Counted from the stretch's first letter, positions 1-8,659 are shown. The stretch is 64,000 nt of DNA from an uncultured virus (IMG/VR IMGVR_UViG_3300012352_000177) (IMGVR_UViG_3300012352_000177); one strand, 5' to 3'. Made by a program: numbers and translations. The notes: generated from the sequence alone by a model not told the origin.

Positions 1-41
1 TGTTTTTCAAGTTGTTCTATAAATTGTTCTACTGCTGTCAT
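1..41 (-). CDS. partial small protein starting MTAVEQFIEQLEK (runs off window start)
   Basis: ATG at 41 follows the repeated junction TAAATCAGAATAAG-ATG; N-terminus shared with ORFs at 2090 and 63871. Confidence 0.55.
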   Translation of the reverse strand, partial: MTAVEQFIEQLEK

Positions 42-149
42 CTTATTCTGATTTATCATTTCTATTTAATATAAGGGGCAACTTTTACCCCTTTTGGTTT
101 ATTGATTTGTTATCAAACATTTGCCACTATTTTGATTTATTGGCGTTTG

Positions 150-884
150 TTAGTCTAATGTCTCGTCTATGTAGTGGTTGTCCACCTCATCTAACTGATC
201 GTCTCCAAAGAACGTGTCGTATACCTCTATCGCCTTCTCTACCTTTCTCTCTCCACCCAACAAGAAGTTCTCTGTTGGTCTGAAGATTCCTAACTGACCG
301 GTCAACTTATCAATCACAAAGAAGATTAACGGCTTGCCGAATAGCTGTTGGTATATGAACGCTTGGCTGTCGTAGTTGTACGCCTTCGCTGAGTACTTGA
401 ACTTATGTATGTCGCTCGTTGTCTTCAGGTCAATGATGACCTCATCTGTAATGATGTCAGCCTTTCCCTTCCACATACGACCCTTAATCTCACCGATTGC
501 GGGTTGCTCGTATACGTTTCCATCCTTGTATATCTCGTCAAAGAAGTAGATGTTTTGCTTCATGACCGATGCCAATCTCTCCATCTCCTCCTTCTCGCTC
601 TGTAGCATACAGAATGGGATGTTGTTCTCTGAGCAGTAGTCCTTGTACAGCTTAGTGTTACGCGTGGATGCCTCAACGAAGTGTGCAACAGTTGCCTTGT
701 CCGGCTCAATCAACAGCTGATGAAAGTACCTGCCCTCCGCGAAGTTCTTGTTGTCTTCTCTCGCTACCCCAAACTCCCTTGGGTTGCGTAGCAATACACC
801 GATGTCTGAGTTGGAGAGGTACTTCTTTCCCTCTCCACCATAGTACTCAGCATCGTTGCGTAGTAGGTCAATTACGCTATCCAT
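150..884 (-). CDS. RecE/exonuclease VIII-like PD-(D/E)XK nuclease
   Basis: LSNSDI, GRYFH, KGKAD...IIDLKTT and YDSQAFIY motifs; coupled to a Sak-like gene. Confidence 0.8.
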   Translation of the reverse strand: MDSVIDLLRNDAEYYGGEGKKYLSNSDIGVLLRNPREFGVAREDNKNFAEGRYFHQLLIEPDKATVAHFVEASTRNTKLYKDYCSENNIPFCMLQSEKEEMERLASVMKQNIYFFDEIYKDGNVYEQPAIGEIKGRMWKGKADIITDEVIIDLKTTSDIHKFKYSAKAYNYDSQAFIYQQLFGKPLIFFVIDKLTGQLGIFRPTENFLLGGERKVEKAIEVYDTFFGDDQLDEVDNHYIDETLD

Positions 885-1510
885 TACTTGAACATATTTT
901 GGATCATCTTGCGTGATAATGCAGACAGCAAGTACTTGCGACCAATCTGCTTAACTATCTTGTCCTCACCAAGTGCCTTGTTTGCGTTGATGTACTCCTC
1001 AATCTTTGAGAACTCAGGTGTGTTTGGCTTGAGGATTGGCAACTGCTCGTCCTCCCCCTCTTTCTTCTCACTATCAACCTTCTTCTTTGCCGTAGTAGGC
1101 TTAGCCGTTGTCATCTCAGGCATATCCTCACCTGTCCACAGCTGAAGTCCTAAGCCATGCATCGCAATTGCCTTAGCAGTCGAACGCTGAATAGCCTTGT
1201 TCACGTCCATAGACGTTAGCTTGTCTAACCTGATTGACTGATTACGGAAGTCCATGATTGGTAGGTAGTCAATGTTCTCCATGCCATCTACCTCAACGCC
1301 AACCTTCACGTATGCTGTGTTGCCGTCTGTAAAGTAGTTGAGGTTCGTGTCCGGATTCTCATAGATGTGGCGTTTAGCCTTTGGGTAATGCATCTTTAGT
1401 ATCTCCCATGCGTATGACCATGACATATACTTTACGTTACCCTTCGTCTCGATTTTTTTACTAATGTCTACAGACGACAAGACATCAAAAACTGATTTTT
1501 GCTTTTCCAT
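884..1510 (-). CDS. Sak/Rad52-like single-strand annealing protein (DUF1071-like)
   Basis: YMSWSYAW, LPIMDFRNQSI and DVNKAIQRSTAKAIAMHGLGLQLWTGED motifs. Confidence 0.85.
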   Translation of the reverse strand: MEKQKSVFDVLSSVDISKKIETKGNVKYMSWSYAWEILKMHYPKAKRHIYENPDTNLNYFTDGNTAYVKVGVEVDGMENIDYLPIMDFRNQSIRLDKLTSMDVNKAIQRSTAKAIAMHGLGLQLWTGEDMPEMTTAKPTTAKKKVDSEKKEGEDEQLPILKPNTPEFSKIEEYINANKALGEDKIVKQIGRKYLLSALSRKMIQNMFK

Positions 1511-1528
1511 TGTATTTGATTTGATTTG

Positions 1529-1825
1529 TTATATACTCCTGTTAATTGTGTTGATGATGGACGCGATGTCCTTGTCCTCGTTCATGCGTAGTTGCATCTG
1601 CTTAACGCCATGAATGATTGTAGTGTGAGAGACATCAACGCCCCTCTCCTTCAAGTACTCCTGAATAGTGTTGTACCTCATGTCCCTGAGTGCACACAGG
1701 AAGTATAGCAGTTGCCTTGCATCTACTATGCTACGCTTTTTTGTCTGTGCAAACATCTCATCCTCAGTTATATCGAATAACTTGGTGATGGACTTGATGA
1801 AGTGATTAAAGATTTGTTTTTTCAT
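1529..1825 (-). CDS. DnaA C-terminal (domain IV)-like HTH protein
   Basis: KKRSIVDARQLLYFL and SHTTIIHGVKQ; start placed at ATG 1825, downstream of the promoter box at 1838-1845. Confidence 0.75.
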   Translation of the reverse strand: MKKQIFNHFIKSITKLFDITEDEMFAQTKKRSIVDARQLLYFLCALRDMRYNTIQEYLKERGVDVSHTTIIHGVKQMQLRMNEDKDIASIINTINRSI

Positions 1826-1837
1826 TTGATTTATCCA

Positions 1838-1845
1838 CAAATATA
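1838..1845 (-). promoter_or_regulatory. Bacteroidota sigmaA -7 box TATATTTG
   Basis: TAnnTTTG in intergenic DNA upstream of the DnaA-C/Sak/RecE genes. Confidence 0.6.
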
Positions 1846-1868
1846 GTTAATAAGATTGTATTTTTAGT

Positions 1869-2090
1869 CTATTGTTGAAACTTTTTTTCGCACTGCAATA
1901 GATCATTGAACTTGACGTACACGAATCCATCGTGGACTATCTTCTTGCAGTTATCCCATGTGTATTGGTGTTGATACTCTACTTCCATTGCCTTAGCTTT
2001 TTCAAATTCATTGAACAGCAAACGCATTCTGTCAGCACCTAAACATTGTGTCATAACATCTTCTAAGTACTCTACTGCTGTCTGTTTCAT
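1869..2090 (-). CDS. small protein, TAVE family
   Basis: MKQTAVEYL...EKAKAME; overlaps the upstream ORF (ATGA). Confidence 0.65.
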   Translation of the reverse strand: MKQTAVEYLEDVMTQCLGADRMRLLFNEFEKAKAMEVEYQHQYTWDNCKKIVHDGFVYVKFNDLLQCEKKFQQ

Positions 2091-2233
2091 ATCTCTTTTA
2101 CTTTAAATTTACCCATCTCATAGCCTCCCTTGATTAGAAGCTCAGACTTCATCCAATAGGCTAATGATTTGTTGTTGAATGTCCACTCTTGGACTACTTT
2201 CTTTCCGATTTCGTAGCTTAGTTTATATCCCAT
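2087..2233 (-). CDS. hypothetical 48-aa protein
   Basis: manual translation MGYKLSYEIGKK...KVKEI; fills the gap in the operon. Confidence 0.6.
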   Translation of the reverse strand: MGYKLSYEIGKKVVQEWTFNNKSLAYWMKSELLIKGGYEMGKFKVKEI

Positions 2234-2244
2234 GACCTATGATT

Positions 2245-2649
2245 TTATCCGTATATAACCTCTCCTAATACCATGTACTGAAAGCATACATCTGATGACT
2301 CAGCATCTCCCTGCTCAGATATCTCGTTGAACAACGCCCAACCATCTCCGGTGTCAATCATCTTCTGTAGTCCATCCTTGATTGTATTGTAGTTGATTAC
2401 TCCAATTGGCGTGTCGTCCTCCATGTCCTCAATGTCATGCACCTCAATGCTCACATCGTGGTCAAGTATTGCCTTGGCAAATGCCATGGAGAAAAACGCC
2501 TCGTCTTCCCTGCTCACAGCATCACGTACCTTCTTATGATTATTTGGGTTGATGTAGTACCAATAGTTACTACCACCCTCTAACGCAGTAATGAATATGT
2601 TCTCTAATACATCCCTGCCTACCTCTTTCTCAATATTAAATTTCATCAT
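2245..2649 (-). CDS. hypothetical phage protein
   Basis: acidic 134 aa; TALEGGSNYW and terminal FQYMVLGEVIYG. Confidence 0.7.
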   Translation of the reverse strand: MMKFNIEKEVGRDVLENIFITALEGGSNYWYYINPNNHKKVRDAVSREDEAFFSMAFAKAILDHDVSIEVHDIEDMEDDTPIGVINYNTIKDGLQKMIDTGDGWALFNEISEQGDAESSDVCFQYMVLGEVIYG

Positions 2650-2885
2650 GATTTAAATTTTTCGTTATACAATATTAGGCTTATCTCTAACCAATCAGAT
2701 ATGATATCATCTGATGCATCAACACCCTTTAGTGCCTCAACTACGTGTGCTACACTCTGTAACGCACACTCATTTGCCATCTCAATGGTCATCATCTCTC
2801 CCCTCTTGGTCTCTAACTTGAGGAATGAGAAACGCAGGTCGAATACCCTACGCTCAATTGCTTTTTGTCGTTCAGTCTTTTCCAT
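2646..2885 (-). CDS. hypothetical protein
   Basis: co-oriented, overlaps neighbours. Confidence 0.6.
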   Translation of the reverse strand: MEKTERQKAIERRVFDLRFSFLKLETKRGEMMTIEMANECALQSVAHVVEALKGVDASDDIISDWLEISLILYNEKFKS

Positions 2886-3084
2886 TATAGATTTGATTTA
2901 AGTACCTATCTTTTCTTCCCGTATATTTTCCGTACCAATCAGGTACTAAAGATTGTTCTGCCGATGCTACCGATGGTGTATGTACACGTGGCAGTGGCTT
3001 CTTTTCACATGACTTGACAGCCATGTAGGTCAAGAGTATACCCACGCAGAGATACCCAACCCTTTGGATTGTTTTTGTTCGCAT
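2872..3084 (-). CDS. small membrane or lipoprotein-like protein
   Basis: hydrophobic N-terminal stretch followed by KSC; AAATCAAATCAA upstream of ATG. Confidence 0.6.
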   Translation of the reverse strand: MRTKTIQRVGYLCVGILLTYMAVKSCEKKPLPRVHTPSVASAEQSLVPDWYGKYTGRKDRYLNQIYNGKD

Positions 3085-3134
3085 TTGATTTGATTTAAGT
3101 TATGTGCGTTACCGAGTCGCACCCCTCGTTAATC

Positions 3135-3476
3135 TTAGGACAACGTCAACAAGTACATCGTCTCGTGTACTAATCCTAACATCTCGTCCATGATGTTCTG
3201 TAGGTCTGATGAGTAGTTACTACGCTCAGCTTCAATCATCTTCTCCATGTCTCTCATGTGCGCTACCGCATCCATGTTCTTAGCCTCAGGGATTACAAAC
3301 TCAACGCGTTTGTTACGTCCGAAGTACTTCTCTGTGAAGCTATCTGTTAGGTCAAGGATTGAATCATAGTACGCGTTCAATGCCTTGTGTTCAGCGAATG
3401 ATGTCGTCTGTAGGTGTGCGATGTGCATCATGTCGCGTGACTGAAACAATGCACCGATAAATTTACTTGGTGTCAT
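3135..3476 (-). CDS. small ferritin/Dps-like four-helix protein (DUF5856-like)
   Basis: HIAHLQTTSFAEHKALNAYYD...DSFTEKYFG...LQNIMDEM...YLLTL; own promoter. Confidence 0.7.
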   Translation of the reverse strand: MTPSKFIGALFQSRDMMHIAHLQTTSFAEHKALNAYYDSILDLTDSFTEKYFGRNKRVEFVIPEAKNMDAVAHMRDMEKMIEAERSNYSSDLQNIMDEMLGLVHETMYLLTLS

Positions 3477-3499
3477 AATAATTAGTTTAAATATTTACA

Positions 3500-3507
3500 C
3501 AAAGATA
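3500..3507 (-). promoter_or_regulatory. sigmaA -7 box TATCTTTG
   Basis: consensus box about 24 nt upstream of the ferritin-like ATG. Confidence 0.65.
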
Positions 3508-3702
3508 CTACATTTCTCGCACAGGTACAAAGACCTTGATGCCTCTATCGTTCACGTCATACTCCAATGGAAACGCCTCGAACGAGTCCTGCAATATCTC
3601 CATGAATACCTCACGTCTCTTGCTCGGTAGGTATAACATTCGGTCAATGATTTCTTGGATGACCTCTTTTCTTTTCTGTTCTGTTAATGGTAGTGTATAC
3701 AT
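3508..3702 (-). CDS. hypothetical protein
   Basis: ORF in the early cluster with A-rich leader. Confidence 0.6.
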   Translation of the reverse strand: MYTLPLTEQKRKEVIQEIIDRMLYLPSKRREVFMEILQDSFEAFPLEYDVNDRGIKVFVPVREM

Positions 3703-3721
3703 TTTGTTTTGTTTTATTTGG

Positions 3722-3955
3722 TTAAAAAATTAGTTCGTCAAATTCTGTGTACATCTCTATGTGCCTATTTGGATGTGTATCCTTTAATGCGTTTAACAAC
3801 GTTTCGTTGTCATAGAAATCATCGTTGTCACGTTCCGCTTGTACGATTGGTTTAATTACTTCGATGATTTGGTCATCGTTCAATGTTGTTAATAGGTAGA
3901 AGTCCTCTTCTGCCCATGCTGACGTTTTGATTTTAATTACTCTCATGTTTACCAT
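3722..3955 (-). CDS. hypothetical protein
   Basis: ORF in the early cluster. Confidence 0.6.
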   Translation of the reverse strand: MVNMRVIKIKTSAWAEEDFYLLTTLNDDQIIEVIKPIVQAERDNDDFYDNETLLNALKDTHPNRHIEMYTEFDELIF

Positions 3956-4251
3956 TGATTTAAGTTTCTAATTCTGTTCTTGTTATTCTTCCATGCATCC
4001 TCACACATAGTGCGTAGTGATTCATCTTGGATGTCGTGTATTCCACCGATGCCCTTGTACGAACCATACCTACCTCCGTAGGTAGATACTTTTATGATTG
4101 GGTCTTCTCTTAGGTACTCAATCACCTCTTCCGTTCTGTCCTTGAACACTGAGTACACGTCCATTGTATTTAGTTGTCCGTACCGGTCTGCTGATGCGTT
4201 CGCAACATATCCTACCATTAATTCTCTGATTTGATTTTTAATTGTCTCCAT
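3949..4251 (-). CDS. hypothetical protein
   Basis: ORF in the early cluster. Confidence 0.6.
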   Translation of the reverse strand: METIKNQIRELMVGYVANASADRYGQLNTMDVYSVFKDRTEEVIEYLREDPIIKVSTYGGRYGSYKGIGGIHDIQDESLRTMCEDAWKNNKNRIRNLNQW

Positions 4252-4254
4252 ATC

Positions 4255-4614
4255 TTAAAGTTCTGCTTCAAATTCACAATATCCTTTTTCCTTTAGGCAC
4301 TCAAGTATCTGTCTACCAAATATCAAATCTGCGTAGTCACCTAACTTGCTTACAGAAATTCCATTCTCAGCTAACATCTCATCTCTGTACGATGTATGCT
4401 TATCAAAGAACTCATCAAACTTCTGCAGTTGATCACCTAACGCATCCTCTATTTTTTTTATCTCAGACTCCACATCCTGTATATTGTCTGCTCCAAATCT
4501 ATACTCTAAGAACTCCGGTTGGTAGCCTGTTACTCCAAACCTATCTGCTGAGTTACTTGGTTGGACGGCAAACCAAAATTTGCCGTCTATGTCTCCACTA
4601 TAATATCTTCCCAT
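4255..4614 (-). CDS. hypothetical phage protein
   Basis: MGRYYSGDIDGKFWFAVQPS...CEFEAEL. Confidence 0.7.
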   Translation of the reverse strand: MGRYYSGDIDGKFWFAVQPSNSADRFGVTGYQPEFLEYRFGADNIQDVESEIKKIEDALGDQLQKFDEFFDKHTSYRDEMLAENGISVSKLGDYADLIFGRQILECLKEKGYCEFEAEL

Positions 4615-4625
4615 GATTCCTAAAT

Positions 4626-4790
4626 TTAAAAACGTGATTTACCTTGTGCTTTCTTAATGTCCTTGGACACATAGTATCCTTTGTTATGGCATCCCTTTGA
4701 TGCTCCACATGATGTTAGCATGATTGCTATTGTGATAATTGATATCGCATACACTGATGCAATTGTCCATACTTTGTTTTCTGTTTTCAT
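4626..4790 (-). CDS. small lipoprotein
   Basis: start re-placed at MKTENK (AAATCAA-ATG); hydrophobic signal plus LTSC lipobox. Confidence 0.6.
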   Translation of the reverse strand: MKTENKVWTIASVYAISIITIAIMLTSCGASKGCHNKGYYVSKDIKKAQGKSRF

Positions 4791-4803
4791 TTGATTTTGT
4801 TTT

Positions 4804-5088
4804 TTAGTTGTTATACTCGTTTCCTTCTGCATCGTACCATTCGTCATCAATATCGTAGAAGTCCCATTCTGTGTAATAGTACATATCTTCGTTGTAGAAG
4901 TACTCCAACAGGTCATCATCATTTTCGATATCCTGTGAAAGATTGCCGACTGCATCCTCCCAATCTAATCCATGTAAGTGGTCAATTAGATGTTCTCTTG
5001 TACTGAAGCAAAGTTCACCATCTCCAAATACATATCCTTCGTTCATGCCTCATCCCGTAGCATCACAACGTCTTGCAAATTTTTCCAT
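4804..5088 (-). pseudogene. acidic early protein with in-frame TGA at codon 13
   Basis: reads MEKFARRCDATG*GMNEGYVFGDG; ATG 5088 is coupled to the upstream stop (TAAAATG); TGA at 5050-5052. Confidence 0.6.
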
Positions 5089-5089
5089 T

Positions 5090-5326
5090 TTAGTTTAGTT
5101 TTAATCGTTCGTTAATTGCATTCTTAATTCCATGTGGGATATGGTCTAACATAGTCCCGAGGTGGTCACCTTCCTCAATCTCCGTTCGGTCACCGATATA
5201 CATATTGAATCCGCATCCCTCTGCGCTCATTCCGTACACGTCGTTACCGATAAAGATTGTATACCGGTCTAAGGTTTCACCACCATTGTCGTAGATTACT
5301 ACGCTCTCTTCTTTTCTCACTATCAA
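5090..5326 (-). CDS. hypothetical protein (start uncertain)
   Basis: IYDNGGETLDRYTI motif; TTG start. Confidence 0.6.
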   Translation of the reverse strand: MIVRKEESVVIYDNGGETLDRYTIFIGNDVYGMSAEGCGFNMYIGDRTEIEEGDHLGTMLDHIPHGIKNAINERLKLN

Positions 5327-5337
5327 CTCTTTTCTTC

Positions 5338-5511
5338 TTAGATTATCTCTGATAGGTACAAAGGCACAACGTGTAATGCGCCCGTATCAGCGCATCGCAC
5401 AATGTAGTTACCTGTTCCGCTTACCTGCCCGATTAATTCGTAATATCCTGTTAACGTTGAATGCATCCCATCAATCAACATCGTATCTCTTTCTCTTAGT
5501 TCTATTAGCAT
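5338..5511 (-). CDS. hypothetical 57-aa protein
   Basis: manual translation MLIELRERD...LYLSEII. Confidence 0.5.
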   Translation of the reverse strand: MLIELRERDTMLIDGMHSTLTGYYELIGQVSGTGNYIVRCADTGALHVVPLYLSEII

Positions 5512-5521
5512 AACTTAAATT

Positions 5522-5932
5522 TTAATCGTTTAACTCTTTAATGAATATCTTTCCGTATCGCGTGAATCTTCCTGTTGGTTTCTCAATGCGTATACTAAAC
5601 TCGTCCGTATCGAATGCGTTCCCTTGCGCCAATCGTCCATGCACCGCGTTACGCGTTATCTTGAATAACTCTACAATCCAATCTGATGCATACGTGAACT
5701 TTAGTTCCCATACGTTATCCGTATTCAATGCCATGTAAGGCTTTACCTTGTCAAAGAAATAATTGTCGGGAGTAACACCGAAGAACTCCTTAAGGAAGTA
5801 CTTGAATAACTCGGGCTTTGTCTCTATCCTGTTGCAATACTGCGCACATTGTGTTGACCATGCGCCATCAATTATCATTGCATTTCCGTCTTCAATCCAA
5901 GACTCGAATGCTTCTAATTCGTATGCTTTCAT
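5522..5932 (-). CDS. hypothetical protein
   Basis: 136-aa ORF coupled to the upstream gene. Confidence 0.6.
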   Translation of the reverse strand: MKAYELEAFESWIEDGNAMIIDGAWSTQCAQYCNRIETKPELFKYFLKEFFGVTPDNYFFDKVKPYMALNTDNVWELKFTYASDWIVELFKITRNAVHGRLAQGNAFDTDEFSIRIEKPTGRFTRYGKIFIKELND

Positions 5933-5933
5933 A

Positions 5934-6629
5934 TTAGTGGTTTAAAATGTAAATACTCTTGTTTCCTTTACCTTCCGTTCCCGAACACAATCCGCATTTA
6001 GAACATGAACTCTTATATCCTGCTTCCTTTGATGCAGGGCAGTTAACGTATTCGTCTAACTTTGTCTCCGTAGCTACGTACGAACGCCATCCTTCATTGG
6101 ATGCGTTTTGTTCCTCCGCAGATGTGTGAACGGATGCCATGAAGAATTTGCTTAACTCTTTTTTCTTTGTCCATTGGTGTGTGTAACCCGTCCAATTTTG
6201 TGATGCGCTCACCATGGATTCGATTAACTCATGTGGATGTAAACTTGGTTCACCATACGTCCCGAATCGGATGAACTTTCCTGCGCTCATGCTAACGATT
6301 ACCGCGCCAATAAACTCATCATATGTCGGAACATCGTCCCATGTTGGGAACTCATTTCTGATTGATTTTATCATGGATTTGAATCCTACATACTGATTAA
6401 ATTTGTGTGTGTAACATTTGCCGAACTCGTTAAATGGACAATCCAAACAATTTGTATCCGCATGGCTAAAGAATCCTTTCATGCCGTCCAAATCTTTTTC
6501 AAATTGTGTACGTGAAAATGTATACGTTTGAACTATCTTGCGCCCTTTGTCCGCTTCGATTTTGTCGTTACTTGTGTTACCTAATCTGAATACTTGTAAC
6601 GTTTCCTTGTGTTTAAATACTAATCTCAT
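5934..6629 (-). CDS. Cys-rich, probable Fe-S protein (gp88/radical-SAM-like)
   Basis: CLDCPF-x5-CY, IRFGTYGEP, WTGYTHQW, FMASV and CPAS...CSKCGLC. Confidence 0.65.
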   Translation of the reverse strand: MRLVFKHKETLQVFRLGNTSNDKIEADKGRKIVQTYTFSRTQFEKDLDGMKGFFSHADTNCLDCPFNEFGKCYTHKFNQYVGFKSMIKSIRNEFPTWDDVPTYDEFIGAVIVSMSAGKFIRFGTYGEPSLHPHELIESMVSASQNWTGYTHQWTKKKELSKFFMASVHTSAEEQNASNEGWRSYVATETKLDEYVNCPASKEAGYKSSCSKCGLCSGTEGKGNKSIYILNH

Positions 6630-6653
6630 GGCTTATGATTTAAATGGTTTATA

Positions 6654-6809
6654 TTACTTATCTGTTGCTACTAATCCAAGCATGAATAAGCTAATGAATA
6701 TTGCGAAACTAAACATACCGAAATGTTCCCATGTTTGGCATTGTGTTAATCCAATTAATGATGTAAGGATTGCCGTAATTAATAGTGGAATTAATGTAAG
6801 TGATTTCAT
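6654..6809 (-). CDS. small two-TM membrane protein
   Basis: manual translation, 51 aa with two hydrophobic segments. Confidence 0.55.
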   Translation of the reverse strand: MKSLTLIPLLITAILTSLIGLTQCQTWEHFGMFSFAIFISLFMLGLVATDK

Positions 6810-6810
6810 C

Positions 6811-7125
6811 TTATTGATTGTTTAATGCGTTAACTAATGCGCGTCTGATGTAGGTCAAATCGCTTTTTAAATGTGCTAATCCGTTGAATGAATACGCGTC
6901 TTTGTTTACGTTATATCTTTCCTTTCTGATGTAGTCATGATGGCTCTCAGATACAGATTCAATGGTCACGAACTGATTACTGATTTTGATAGGTTTAATG
7001 TTCACGTAGTAAGGAAATGTTCCTCCTCCATACGTGTATGCCATTAATTCCAATTCGTTTGCTCTGCGCATCAATTCGTTTATTTCCTCGATGCGCTTTG
7101 TTAGTGATGTTGATACCTTTTTCAT
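6811..7125 (-). CDS. hypothetical protein
   Basis: ORF in the early cluster. Confidence 0.6.
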   Translation of the reverse strand: MKKVSTSLTKRIEEINELMRRANELELMAYTYGGGTFPYYVNIKPIKISNQFVTIESVSESHHDYIRKERYNVNKDAYSFNGLAHLKSDLTYIRRALVNALNNQ

Positions 7126-7140
7126 GTCGTTATTATTTAA

Positions 7141-7374
7141 TTAACCAAAAATGTAATGTCTTTTACTCATCCCCTCAAGGATTAACTCGAATGCCTCAAC
7201 TTGATTTCGTAGGTCATCTATCCTATCAAAATCATCGCATATCAACTTATCCGAATAACCATTGATGTCATATCCCATTGCATCAAAGTAGGTCATTGTG
7301 TAATCCATTAATTCTCTTCTGATTACATCGTATCTGTTTAGTAATGTGCTGAATTCTTTTCTAATTGATTCCAT
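7141..7374 (-). CDS. hypothetical protein
   Basis: ORF in the early cluster. Confidence 0.6.
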   Translation of the reverse strand: MESIRKEFSTLLNRYDVIRRELMDYTMTYFDAMGYDINGYSDKLICDDFDRIDDLRNQVEAFELILEGMSKRHYIFG

Positions 7375-7397
7375 TGTGTTATGTTTTAAAGTTTAGT

Positions 7398-7439
7398 AGC
7401 ATGGGGATGAATCGAACATCCCCTTGAACCATTCATGCT
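7398..7439 (-). ncRNA. tRNA-like T-loop minihelix element
   Basis: AGCAT-N11-GGGGATG-TTCGATT-CATCCCC-ATGCT: 5+7 bp stack capped by a T-loop. Confidence 0.5.
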
Positions 7440-7648
7440 TATGGGTTTTGCAGAAACATTTCCGCCATTAATTTTGCTTTGGTCATTGTCCTATATCCGA
7501 ATAGCTTTCCGTTCATTTCCAATATCCATTGCTTTTCCTCTTTACTATAGTAAACTCTTGCATCCTCATACTCATAGTACGTATGCTCAAATGTGCAGTC
7601 TAATGCAGGAACTAAATTGTAGTCCGTTGTTTTTGTCCATTTACTCAT
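7439..7648 (-). CDS. hypothetical protein
   Basis: ORF in the early cluster. Confidence 0.55.
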   Translation of the reverse strand: MSKWTKTTDYNLVPALDCTFEHTYYEYEDARVYYSKEEKQWILEMNGKLFGYRTMTKAKLMAEMFLQNP

Positions 7649-7823
7649 GTCGTTGTGTTTTAAAGTTAGTCAATGCGGTAGGTTTCGCTCCTATTAAATG
7701 CTCATAGCATCCGCATCGTAATGTTGATATCCACGTGAAACCGATATCCCTCTTCTTAATCTCTACATCTATGCCTGTTAAGATGTGATTCAAATGATAA
7801 CCACCTGAGTAGTGTATTATCAC
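7641..7823 (-). CDS. hypothetical protein (GTG start, uncertain)
   Basis: first ORF after the early promoter. Confidence 0.35.
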   Translation of the reverse strand: MIIHYSGGYHLNHILTGIDVEIKKRDIGFTWISTLRCGCYEHLIGAKPTALTNFKTQRHE

Positions 7824-7934
7824 CCCGACTTAGCGGAGTCTTTATACTTACCGCATCGGACTCGTATGACCTACCGAGTTAATGTTTATTGTCTTACCAA
7901 GAATTAAAGAACTTGTTGTCGTTGTTTGACATTG

Positions 7935-7942
7935 CAAAGATA
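7935..7942 (-). promoter_or_regulatory. early leftward promoter -7 box TATCTTTG
   Basis: consensus box heading the leftward cluster; boxA-like GTTCTTTAA about 25 nt downstream. Confidence 0.7.
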
Positions 7943-8400
7943 ATGCATAATACTTGAATAAAACAAATGCAATTCGTGAAATATTTATGTGCAATACTCT
8001 GTATCCCTTATTGGGCAAGGGATTCAACGTGTTAAATTTCTTTAAAGTTTTTTATTCATTAGGTTATAAAGGGAGTAGATTCACCACATTTAATTAGTTA
8101 GGCTAGAAATTCGAGCAGTCTTTATCCCTCTTCTCATAGCCTATACCATGTATACGTGTGTAATGCGTGCAACAACGGGCGCTAGCTAGGGGAGATATGC
8201 GCAAACGTAGGCGGGGCGGGAGCTACAGCGCGGGAGCATGACCATGTGCGTACACATAGCCAACAGGAAAAGCCAAAAAATCTGCCGAAAGTTCGAGATT
8301 TTGCACCCCCCACCCCTAAAAAAAAAGCAGTTTCCTTTTTCGGGCCGGCTGCGTGAAACGTGGTACAACCCCAACACTACACTTATGTAATATAATTTTT

Positions 8401-8408
8401 TACCTTTG
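8401..8408 (+). promoter_or_regulatory. sigmaA -7 box TACCTTTG
   Basis: 15 nt upstream of ATG 8424. Confidence 0.65.
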
Positions 8409-8423
8409 TAAAAACTTAAGATT

Positions 8424-8639
8424 ATGATGAACAAGAAAGGAAACTTAGAGGGATTAGAGGTACGCAACGGTAGATTGATTAACAACCAACCTGATGGTAT
8501 GACGGGAATCCAAAAGATTGCAATGATGAAGAAGGCAAGAAAGATTGAAGAGAAGACCATGATCATGGAGAACGCGATGTACAGAGCAGAGATGCGAGCT
8601 GATATGATGGAGTACATGAAGGGTAAGAGCTGTATGTAA
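8424..8639 (+). CDS. small Met/Lys-rich protein, monocistronic
   Basis: own promoter and terminator; GLEVRNGRLIN. Confidence 0.7.
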   Translation: MMNKKGNLEGLEVRNGRLINNQPDGMTGIQKIAMMKKARKIEEKTMIMENAMYRAEMRADMMEYMKGKSCM

Positions 8640-8659
8640 TACTATTGCAAGATGAGTTT

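Noticed and set aside
1..60. Terminal overlap with the window end (circular contig)
   Set aside because: Identity is limited to the roughly 28-nt junction motif; flanks differ
5050..5052. Genome-wide stop-codon reassignment
   Set aside because: TGA, TAG and TAA all end well-formed genes and long ORFs are intact in the standard code
7398..7439. tRNA gene
   Set aside because: Only 42 nt with no anticodon arm; kept as a tRNA-like element
7826..7882. Hammerhead, pistol or twister ribozyme
   Set aside because: Conserved catalytic core sequences not found by eye
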